Part shown: positions 29,136-35,791 of the stretch, one piece after another
Layout: every line of letters starts with the position of its first letter
Position numbering within the stretch: position 1 is the stretch's first letter
Origin: a virus
Lineage: Duplodnaviria; Heunggongvirae; Uroviricota; Caudoviricetes
Direction: 5' to 3' (one strand)
Length of the DNA: 35,791 bases
Virus record (IMG/VR): IMGVR_UViG_2534682162_000012
Notes under the pieces: generated by a model
Databases searched by the model: none
The model's input: only the letters and a program-made list of their open reading frames with translations
What the model was told of the DNA's origin: nothing
Program-made: the position numbers and the translations under genes

Positions 29136-29200
29136 AAGTTGTTGACAACATTCAAAACCACAACTAAATTACAACTTAAAGGTGTTAAAACAACGAACAG
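29136..29200 (+). promoter_or_regulatory. OL-like operator with pL-like promoter
   Basis: Consensus -35 TTGACA (29142..29147), 17-nt spacer, -10 TAAATT (29165..29170); carries the same AAGTTGT and ACAACTT(A/T)(A/T)AGGTGTT motifs as the cro/cI intergenic region. Confidence 0.5.
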
Positions 29201-29280
29201 GCAGGACGCCCACGAAGTAGCCGCCGGTGGCGTATGAATGACCGGATGATTCGTTAAATACTATGTGTAAGAGAGCGCAA

Positions 29281-29484
29281 ATGAACCGTTATTTCACATG
29301 CTCGTTTTGTGGCGCAAACGAGCTGCAGGCAAAAAAAATCATCGCCAAAGGCGGAAAAGATGAAGTTGCTATCTGCTCTGAGTGCGTAGTCTTGTGTGTC
29401 GGGGCATTAATCAATATCAGCACAACTATTCAGTTCACACCAAATGAGAATGCGCCTTTAGATGCGCGGAAATCTGGAGGTTAA
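29281..29484 (+). CDS. Stand-alone ClpX-type C4 zinc-finger protein (67 aa)
   Basis: FTCSFCGANELQAKKIIAKGGKDEVAICSECVVLCVGAL aligns by eye with the ClpX N-terminal zinc-binding domain ([31 protein letters not shown]); first gene after the pL-like promoter. Confidence 0.6.
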   Translation: MNRYFTCSFCGANELQAKKIIAKGGKDEVAICSECVVLCVGALINISTTIQFTPNENAPLDARKSGG

Positions 29485-29492
29485 AGAACAAA

Positions 29493-29768
29493 ATGAAAGT
29501 CCAGATTTTAAACAATAACTGTGAAGTCGTTTGGTCATACGACATAGCCGCCCCTGTAGATCAGAGCGGCGATAGCTGGACCAATGGGAAACATCAGATT
29601 ATGGCTGGAGTTGTGTTCTCTTTACGCCGTGCTTTGGAACAGGCTGAAGTATTTCCATCAGACCCTGAATGGAAATGGCCTTTTTCTATTTGTCCAAATT
29701 CGGAGAGCACATTTCAGAAAATTGGTCAGAAAGTCGCACTCGAAGAGCATCAGCCAACTGTTTCCTGA
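29493..29768 (+). CDS. Hypothetical protein (91 aa)
   Basis: ATG with GGAGG RBS 9 nt after the zinc-finger gene stop; no recognised motif. Confidence 0.45.
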   Translation: MKVQILNNNCEVVWSYDIAAPVDQSGDSWTNGKHQIMAGVVFSLRRALEQAEVFPSDPEWKWPFSICPNSESTFQKIGQKVALEEHQPTVS

Positions 29769-29931
29769 TTTTTTCAGGTAACTCGTCGGCATCGCAGAAA
29801 CAACAACGCTCGATCATGTTGAAAGCCGATTCGTAGAACTGTTTCTGCTGAGTGTCGCTGAGACAGGAAAAGAGCGACGTTACGATGATTTTATTAATTG
29901 CATTATCAAGTTCTTTTTCATCAAAAGTCAT
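29686..29931 (-). CDS. Hypothetical protein (81 aa), convergent, uncertain
   Basis: ATG with AAGGA RBS; overlaps the 3' end of 29493..29768 by 83 nt, so one of the two may be mis-called. Confidence 0.3.
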   Translation of the reverse strand: MTFDEKELDNAINKIIVTSLFSCLSDTQQKQFYESAFNMIERCCFCDADELPEKIRKQLADALRVRLSDQFSEMCSPNLDK

Positions 29932-30186
29932 TTGATTTTCCTTTTATGTATACGGGCTTAAAAGGATACCACCGAGCCTGAAGTGGTGAAAAGACAGGCA
30001 CATAACAGCTAAGTATTTTCAACCAAAGAGAATCCTTAGCGTTGTGGTGAATGCGGCTCAGCGCACGCGGGTTAAGGTTGAGGCTGACAGTCGACCTTCT
30101 GTGGATACCCACCCGTCTGGTGTGCAACCTTCGCCAGGCACCGGGAGGCACCCGGCACCACAACTTTATGCTGTGTGTAGTCCTGG

Positions 30187-30231
30187 CGGTACCAGTTTGT
30201 ACCCTTGCTTCCGGCTGGTACCGTCCTTTTT
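30187..30231 (+). terminator. Intrinsic terminator-like hairpin in the early-left operon
   Basis: Perfect 9-bp stem CGGTACCAG/CTGGTACCG (30187..30195, 30215..30223) with 19-nt loop, then TCC and TTTTT. Confidence 0.45.
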
Positions 30232-30368
30232 ACAAAACAGAGAAGAGCATCACCGGACGACGGGCTCATAACCCAATCCATCCGGGCGGCTGCTACCGCA
30301 GGTGTTCTTCTCTGTTTTGTGGAGAAACTAATCGGCCTTGCAGGGTCGATATGATGAGGAGCAGCAAA

Positions 30369-30731
30369 ATGGCTAGCGAACGCAGTACTGATGTGCAGGC
30401 ATTTATCGGGGAGCTGGACGGCGGCGTATTTGAAACCAAAATCGGCGCAGTTCTCAGTGAAGTCGCTTCCGGTGTGATGAACACGAAAACCAAAGGTAAG
30501 GTCTCACTCAACCTGGAAATCGAACCATTTGATGAGAACCGTGTGAAAATCAAACACAAACTCTCATATGTTCGCCCGACTAACCGCGGGAAAATTTCCG
30601 AAGAAGACACCACCGAAACGCCGATGTATGTCAATCGCGGTGGTCGCCTGACTATTCTGCAGGAAGACCAGGGACAATTACTGACTCTTGCCGGTGAACC
30701 TGACGGAAAACTCCGCGCAGCAGGTCATTAA
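30369..30731 (+). CDS. Hypothetical protein (120 aa, YfdP-like)
   Basis: Start at ATG 30369 with GAGGAG RBS; the longer upstream ORF runs through GC-rich non-coding-looking sequence. Confidence 0.5.
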   Translation: MASERSTDVQAFIGELDGGVFETKIGAVLSEVASGVMNTKTKGKVSLNLEIEPFDENRVKIKHKLSYVRPTNRGKISEEDTTETPMYVNRGGRLTILQEDQGQLLTLAGEPDGKLRAAGH

Positions 30732-30796
30732 TATCGTTCTTAATTAACTGATTATTTATCTCATCACTGAATATCTTTATATAGTGAGGACTTATT

Positions 30797-31621
30797 ATGT
30801 CTCAGAACTTAGACGCAACCGCAATTAATCAAATCCATGCCCTTATTTCTGCTCAGGGTGTTAATGAAATTATCAGTAAGATTGGTGCCGATGCTGTGGC
30901 ATTGCCTGAGAATTTCCGCATTCATGATCTGGAAAAATTTAATTTAAATCGCTTCCGTTTCCGTGGTGCGCTTTCCACTGCCAGCATCGATGACTTTACC
31001 CGTTATTCTAAAGATCTTGCAGATGAAGGCACCCGCTGCTTTATCGATGCTGATAATATGCGTGCCGTCAGTGTGCTTAACCTGGGTACTATTGATGAAC
31101 CAGGTCACGCAGATAACACCGCCACTCTCAAACTGAAAAAGACAGCACCGTTCTCTGCTCTGTTGTCTGTTAATGGCGAGCGTAACTCCCAGAAATCACT
31201 GGCAGAATGGATTGAAGACTGGGCCGACTACCTTGTGGGCTTTGATGCTAATGGTGACACCATTCAGGCAACAAAAGCGGCTGCGGCGGTCCGTAAAATC
31301 ACGATTGAAGCAAACCAGACCGCTGATTTTGAAGATAATGACTTCAGCGGCAAACGCTCCCTGATGGAGTCTGTCGAAGCGAAGACCAAAGACATTATGC
31401 CAGTGGCATTTGAATTTAAATGCATTCCGTTTGAAGGTCTGAAAGAACGTCCGTTTAAATTACGCCTCAGCATTATCACTGGCGATCGTCCGGTACTGGT
31501 TCTGCGCATTATTCAGCTGGAGGCGGTGCAGGAAGAAATGGCTAACGAATTTCGTGATCTGCTTGTTGAGAAATTCAAGGACAGCAAAGTAGAAACCTTT
31601 ATTGGTACTTTCACCGCCTGA
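30797..31621 (+). CDS. DUF2303-like protein (274 aa, YfdQ-like)
   Basis: Length and N-terminal sequence recall the CPS-53 YfdQ family; RBS GTGAGGA upstream. Confidence 0.6.
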   Translation: MSQNLDATAINQIHALISAQGVNEIISKIGADAVALPENFRIHDLEKFNLNRFRFRGALSTASIDDFTRYSKDLADEGTRCFIDADNMRAVSVLNLGTIDEPGHADNTATLKLKKTAPFSALLSVNGERNSQKSLAEWIEDWADYLVGFDANGDTIQATKAAAAVRKITIEANQTADFEDNDFSGKRSLMESVEAKTKDIMPVAFEFKCIPFEGLKERPFKLRLSIITGDRPVLVLRIIQLEAVQEEMANEFRDLLVEKFKDSKVETFIGTFTA

Positions 31622-31748
31622 TTTCATTACTGCAAATGCCCCTGCGGGGGCATTTATGGAAACGTAATTTACTCAATAATCGCCGGATGGTGAGGGATTC
31701 TTTTTACCAGAATTCAGCGCGGTGCAGCGCATATACGTGGAGAACAAA

Positions 31749-32285
31749 ATGTCATTTATTAAAACTTTTTCCGGGAAGCATTTTTATTATGACAGGATAA
31801 ATAAAGACGACATCGATATTAACGATATCGCGGTTTCCCTTTCAAATATCTGTCGCTTTGCCGGTCATCTTTCGCACTTCTACAGCGTCGCCCAACATGC
31901 GGTTCTTTGCAGCCAGCTGGTGCCGCAGGAATTTGCTTTTGAAGCGTTAATGCATGATGCAACAGAAGCGTATTGCCAGGACATTCCCGCACCACTGAAA
32001 CGCCTTCTTCCTGACTATAAACAAATGGAAGAAAAAATAGACTCCGTAATCCGTGAGAAATACGGATTACCCCCAGTTATGAGTACGCCCGTGAAATATG
32101 CCGATCTCATCATGCTGGCAACCGAACGCCGCGATCTCGGGCTTGATGATGGCTCTTTCTGGCCTGTACTGGAAGGTATCCCGGCAACAGAGATGTTCAA
32201 CGTGATTCCACTGGCACCGGGCCATGCCTACGGGATGTTTATGGAACGCTTTAACGAGTTATCGGAGTTACGCAAATGCGCATGA
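31749..32285 (+). CDS. HD-domain phosphohydrolase (YfdR-like 5'-deoxynucleotidase)
   Basis: Start at ATG 31749 with GGAGA RBS gives 178 aa; HD motif context (HLSHFYSVAQHAVLC...LMHDATEAY). Confidence 0.7.
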   Translation: MSFIKTFSGKHFYYDRINKDDIDINDIAVSLSNICRFAGHLSHFYSVAQHAVLCSQLVPQEFAFEALMHDATEAYCQDIPAPLKRLLPDYKQMEEKIDSVIREKYGLPPVMSTPVKYADLIMLATERRDLGLDDGSFWPVLEGIPATEMFNVIPLAPGHAYGMFMERFNELSELRKCA

Positions 32286-32638
32286 ATGTTTTCGAAATGG
32301 AAGGGTTTCTTCGTGGGAGATGTGTACCGCGAGATCTGAAAGTAAATGAAACAGATTCTGAATACCTGGTGCGTAAATTCGATGCGCTTGAAGCTAAATG
32401 TGCAGCACAGGAAAACAAAGTAATACCAGTGTCAACTGAACTGCCACCAGCAAATGAAAGTGTTTTGTTATTCGATGCTAACGGAGAAGGCTGGCTAATT
32501 GGTTGGCGTTCTCTCTGGTACACCTGGGGACAAAAAGAAACCGGAGAATGGCAGTGGACATTTCAGGTCGGGGACCTTGAAAACGTCAATATCACTCACT
32601 GGGCAGTAATGCCAAAAGCACCGGAGGCTGGAGCATAA
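32276..32638 (+). CDS. Hypothetical protein (120 aa, YfdS-like)
   Basis: ORF overlapping the YfdR-like stop; Trp-rich C-terminus; synteny. Confidence 0.5.
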   Translation: MRMNVFEMEGFLRGRCVPRDLKVNETDSEYLVRKFDALEAKCAAQENKVIPVSTELPPANESVLLFDANGEGWLIGWRSLWYTWGQKETGEWQWTFQVGDLENVNITHWAVMPKAPEAGA

Positions 32639-32943
32639 TGACCACTTTTACCGACAAAGAACTGATTAAAGAAATTAAAGAGCGTATCAGCAGCCTTGAC
32701 GTGCGAGACGATATTGAGCGCCGTGCTTATGAAATCGCACTCCTATCTCTGGAAGTAGAACCAGATGAACGCGAAGCTTATGAATTATTCATGGAAAAGC
32801 GTTTCGGTGACTTAGTAGATCGTCGGAGAGCAAAAAACGGCAATAACGAATACATGGCATGGGATATGACTCTCGGTTGGATCGTCTGGCAGCAACGAGC
32901 TGGTATCCATTTTTCAACAATGTCACAGCAAGAGGTGAAATAA
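32638..32943 (+). CDS. Hypothetical protein (101 aa, YfdT-like)
   Basis: ATG overlaps the upstream stop (ATGA); acidic; synteny. Confidence 0.5.
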   Translation: MTTFTDKELIKEIKERISSLDVRDDIERRAYEIALLSLEVEPDEREAYELFMEKRFGDLVDRRRAKNGNNEYMAWDMTLGWIVWQQRAGIHFSTMSQQEVK

Positions 32944-33293
32944 TGGAGCCATACAGCCTCACACTCGATGAGGCCTGTCATTTTCTCAAGATATCCAGAC
33001 CGACTGCCATTAACTGGATACGCACAGGGCGTCTTCAGGCAACACGCAAAGATCCCACTAAGAATAAATCTCCTTACCTCACAACACGACAAGCCTGCAT
33101 TGCGGCTCTTCAGTCTCCGCTGCATACTGTCCAGGTGAGCGCGGGTGATGGCATAACAGAGGAAAGAAAATGTCACTCTTCCGCAGAAGTGAAATATGGT
33201 ACGCCAGTTTCACATTGCCGAACGGTAAAAGATTTAAACAGTCTCTTGGAACAAAGGACAAAAGGCAGGCGACAGAGCTCCATGACAAGCTAA
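32943..33293 (+). CDS. Excisionase-like HTH protein (AlpA/Xis family)
   Basis: Start at ATG 32943 ([33 protein letters not shown]); immediately upstream of int and overlapping its 5' end by about 120 nt; true C-terminus uncertain. Confidence 0.5.
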   Translation: MEPYSLTLDEACHFLKISRPTAINWIRTGRLQATRKDPTKNKSPYLTTRQACIAALQSPLHTVQVSAGDGITEERKCHSSAEVKYGTPVSHCRTVKDLNSLLEQRTKGRRQSSMTS

Positions 33294-34333
33294 AGGCTGA
33301 AGCATGGCGGGTCAGCAAACTTGGTGAAATACCTGATATGACGTTTGAGGAAGCGTGTGTCAGGTGGCTCGAAGAGAAAGCACATAAGAAATCACTGGAC
33401 GATGACAAAAGCCGGATCGGATTCTGGCTTCAACATTTCGCAGGGATGCAACTAAGAGACATCACTGAATCAAAAATTTATTCAGCGATGCAGAAAATGA
33501 CAAACCGGCGTCATGAGGAAAACTGGAAACTCAGGGCAGAAGCATGCAGAAAAAAAGGGAAACCTGTTCCAGAATACACGCCAAAACCAGCGTCCGTTGC
33601 AACGAAGGCTACGCATCTTTCATTTATAAAGGCCCTGCTAAGAGCCGCAGAGCGTGAATGGAAAATGCTGGATAAGGCACCAATTCTTAAAGTGCCTCAA
33701 CCGAAGAATAAACGTATCCGCTGGCTGGAGCCTCATGAAGCACAAAGGCTGATTGATGAATGTCCGGAGCCATTAAAGTCTGTTGTTGAATTTGCACTGG
33801 CAACAGGCTTAAGACGCTCGAACATCATCAACCTTGAATGGCAACAAATAGACATGCAGCGCCGGGTGGCATGGATAAACCCGGAAGAGAGTAAATCAAA
33901 CCGCGCAATTGGCGTTGCGCTGAATGATACTGCATGTCGCGTATTGAAAAAACAAATCGGGAATCATCACCGTTGGGTATTTGTATACAAGGAAAGCTGT
34001 ACCAAACCAGACGGAACGAAAGCGCCAACGGTCAGGAAGATGCGGTATGACGCAAACACAGCCTGGAAAGCGGCGCTGAGACGAGCAGGTATTGATGATT
34101 TCAGATTTCACGACTTGAGACACACCTGGGCAAGTTGGCTGGTTCAAGCCGGAGTCCCGTTGTCAGTGTTACAGGAAATGGGAGGCTGGGAGTCTATCGA
34201 AATGGTTCGTCGATATGCTCACCTCGCACCTAATCACCTTACCGAACATGCACGGCAAATAGACTCGATCCTGAACCCATCGGTCCCAAATTTGTCCCAG
34301 TCAAAAAATAAGGAAGGTACTAATGATGTGTAA
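33170..34333 (+). CDS. int: Tyrosine site-specific integrase
   Basis: 387-aa ORF with catalytic R...HDLRHTWAS...RRYAH tyrosine-recombinase signature; ends 15 nt from the tRNA 3' end. Confidence 0.85.
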   Translation: MSLFRRSEIWYASFTLPNGKRFKQSLGTKDKRQATELHDKLKAEAWRVSKLGEIPDMTFEEACVRWLEEKAHKKSLDDDKSRIGFWLQHFAGMQLRDITESKIYSAMQKMTNRRHEENWKLRAEACRKKGKPVPEYTPKPASVATKATHLSFIKALLRAAEREWKMLDKAPILKVPQPKNKRIRWLEPHEAQRLIDECPEPLKSVVEFALATGLRRSNIINLEWQQIDMQRRVAWINPEESKSNRAIGVALNDTACRVLKKQIGNHHRWVFVYKESCTKPDGTKAPTVRKMRYDANTAWKAALRRAGIDDFRFHDLRHTWASWLVQAGVPLSVLQEMGGWESIEMVRRYAHLAPNHLTEHARQIDSILNPSVPNLSQSKNKEGTNDV

Positions 34334-34347
34334 CTTATTGATTTAAA

Positions 34348-34423
34348 TGGTGCCGATAATAGGAGTCGAACCTACGACCTTCGCATTACGAATGCGCTGC
34401 TCTACCAACTGAGCTATATCGGC
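34348..34423 (-). tRNA. thrW: tRNA-Thr (anticodon CGU)
   Basis: 76-nt minus-strand sequence GCCGATATAGCTCAGTTGGTAGAGCAGCGCATTCGTAATGCGAAGGTCGTAGGTTCGACTCCTATTATCGGCACCA with cloverleaf pairing, anticodon loop TT-CGT-AA and 3' CCA. Confidence 0.85.
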
Positions 34424-34537
34424 CCTGAAAGGACATGTTCACGAACGTGAATCACGGTGGACAAGGTTAAAACTAACCGGGCGATGCGTCAATGGCCTTG
34501 TGAATCAAATGGCTACTTTTGCATCACCCGGTTTTAT

Positions 34538-35791
34538 TTACGCACGAATGGTGTAATCACCAATGCCGATCCACTTGTAAGTGGTCAGTGCTTCCAGCCC
34601 CATTGGGCCACGCGCGTGGAGTTTTTGTGTGCTTACCGCCACTTCCGCACCCAGACCAAACTGGCCGCCGTCGGTAAAACGCGTAGAGGCGTTAACGTAA
34701 ACAGCGGACGAATCCACTTCGTTAACAAAACGCTGGGCGTTGCGCATATCGCGGGTCAGGATCGCATCGGAGTGTTGTGTGCCGTGTTCACGAATATGGG
34801 CGATGGCATCGTCAAGATCGCTGACGATTTTGACGTTCAAATCTAATGACAGAAACTCATCGTCATACTCTTCGGCTTTAACAGCAACCACCTTCGCAGG
34901 GCCTGCCTGCAACTGCGCCAGTGCAGCTGCATCTGCGTGTAATGTCACGCCGCTTTCCGCCATTTGTTTGCTTAATGCGGGCAGGAAGCTATCGGCGATG
35001 TTTTTATTCACCAGCAACGTTTCAACCGTATTACATGTGCTCGGACGCTGAGTTTTCGCGTTGACGATCACTTTTAATGCTTCAGCGATCTCTACACTTT
35101 CATCAACGTAAATATGGCATACGCCTATACCACCTGTGATCACCGGGATTGTCGACTGTTCACGGCACAGTTTATGCAAACCAGCGCCACCACGCGGGAT
35201 CAGCATGTCGATGTATTTATCCATACGCAGCATTTCACTGACCAGCGCACGGTCAGGATTATCAATCGCCTGCACGGCACCCGCCGGTAAGCCACAGGAT
35301 TTCAGGGCGTCCTGAATCACCGCCACCGTTGCCGCGTTAGTGCGACAGGTTTCTTTGCCACCACGCAGGATCACCGCATTACCGGTTTTCAGGCACAGCG
35401 AAGCGACATCAACCGTCACGTTCGGGCGCGCTTCATAAATCACGCCAATCACCCCCAGCGGCACGCGACGACGCTCAAGACGCAGGCCGCTGTCCAGTAC
35501 GCTGCCATCGATTACCTGCCCCACCGGATCGGCGAGGTTACACACCTGGCGCACATCATCGGCAATGCCTTTCAGCCGTGCGGGCGTCAGTGCCAGACGG
35601 TCAAGCATCGCTTCGCCAAGGCCATTGGCACGCGCGTCAGCAACATCCTGGGCGTTAGCGTTGAGGATGATTTCGCTTTGTGCTTCCAGTTCATCGGCGA
35701 TTTTTTCCAGCACGCGATTTTTTTCGCGGCTGGAGAGTTGCGCTAATTTATACGAGGCTTGCTTCGCGGCAATGCCCATTTGTTCCAGCAT
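34538..35791 (-). CDS. proA: Gamma-glutamyl phosphate reductase (host gene)
   Basis: 417-aa ORF matching my recollection of enterobacterial ProA ([38 protein letters not shown]...); start codon at the window edge. Confidence 0.9.
   Translation of the reverse strand: MLEQMGIAAKQASYKLAQLSSREKNRVLEKIADELEAQSEIILNANAQDVADARANGLGEAMLDRLALTPARLKGIADDVRQVCNLADPVGQVIDGSVLDSGLRLERRRVPLGVIGVIYEARPNVTVDVASLCLKTGNAVILRGGKETCRTNAATVAVIQDALKSCGLPAGAVQAIDNPDRALVSEMLRMDKYIDMLIPRGGAGLHKLCREQSTIPVITGGIGVCHIYVDESVEIAEALKVIVNAKTQRPSTCNTVETLLVNKNIADSFLPALSKQMAESGVTLHADAAALAQLQAGPAKVVAVKAEEYDDEFLSLDLNVKIVSDLDDAIAHIREHGTQHSDAILTRDMRNAQRFVNEVDSSAVYVNASTRFTDGGQFGLGAEVAVSTQKLHARGPMGLEALTTYKWIGIGDYTIRA

Noticed and set aside
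30044-30368. ORFs 30044..30271 (+), 30072..30281 (-), 29921..30163 (-) and the 5' part of 30051..30731 (+)
   Set aside because: Mutually overlapping on both strands, Arg/Pro/Trp-rich translations typical of GC-rich non-coding DNA, no RBS; the region reads better as structured non-coding sequence.
33079-33408. Minus-strand ORFs antisense to the xis/int region (33079..33408, 32778..33176)
   Set aside because: Antisense to the well-supported excisionase/integrase genes; Ser/Leu/Cys-rich low-complexity translations.
34457-34846. Plus-strand 129-aa ORF between the tRNA and inside proA
   Set aside because: Overlaps antisense with the confidently identified proA; no RBS; likely spurious.
1-35791. 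Insertion sequences, transposases or rRNA genes
   Set aside because: No transposase-like ORF, terminal inverted repeats with target-site duplications, or rRNA-like sequence noticed on reading both strands.

Overview
This window is almost entirely one temperate prophage with lambda-like regulation, an HK97-type head and a Mu-type contractile tail (e14/SfV-like mosaic), ending at its integrase next to a host tRNA-Thr(CGU) and proA. All calls rest on reading the supplied ORF translations and the DNA by eye; no database search, alignment or GC computation was run, and family names are recalled from memory. Reading from high to low coordinates on the minus strand: Cro-like regulator, replication initiator with in-gene iterons, LexA-like and RusA/KilA-N/DUF968 genes, Q antiterminator, lysis cassette (holin, lambda R-like endolysin, Rz/Rz1), HNH endonuclease, terminase, portal, protease, major capsid, connector genes, sheath, tube, frameshifted chaperone, tape measure, Mu-like baseplate and a partial tail fiber. 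On the plus strand: a CI-like repressor (HTH plus S24 peptidase) and an early-left operon ending in excisionase and tyrosine integrase. The best candidates for an undescribed system are AT-rich inserts in the conserved backbone: (1) a two-gene cassette (340-aa soluble protein plus 194-aa four-helix membrane protein) wedged between Q and the holin on the opposite strand, a candidate exclusion/abortive-infection module; (2) a repeat-plus-BRCT protein antisense to cI inside the immunity region; (3) a stand-alone ClpX-type zinc-finger protein heading the early-left operon; (4) a LexA DNA-binding-domain-only protein; (5) two small ORFs between lysis and packaging genes. No CRISPR array, rRNA or transposase was seen.
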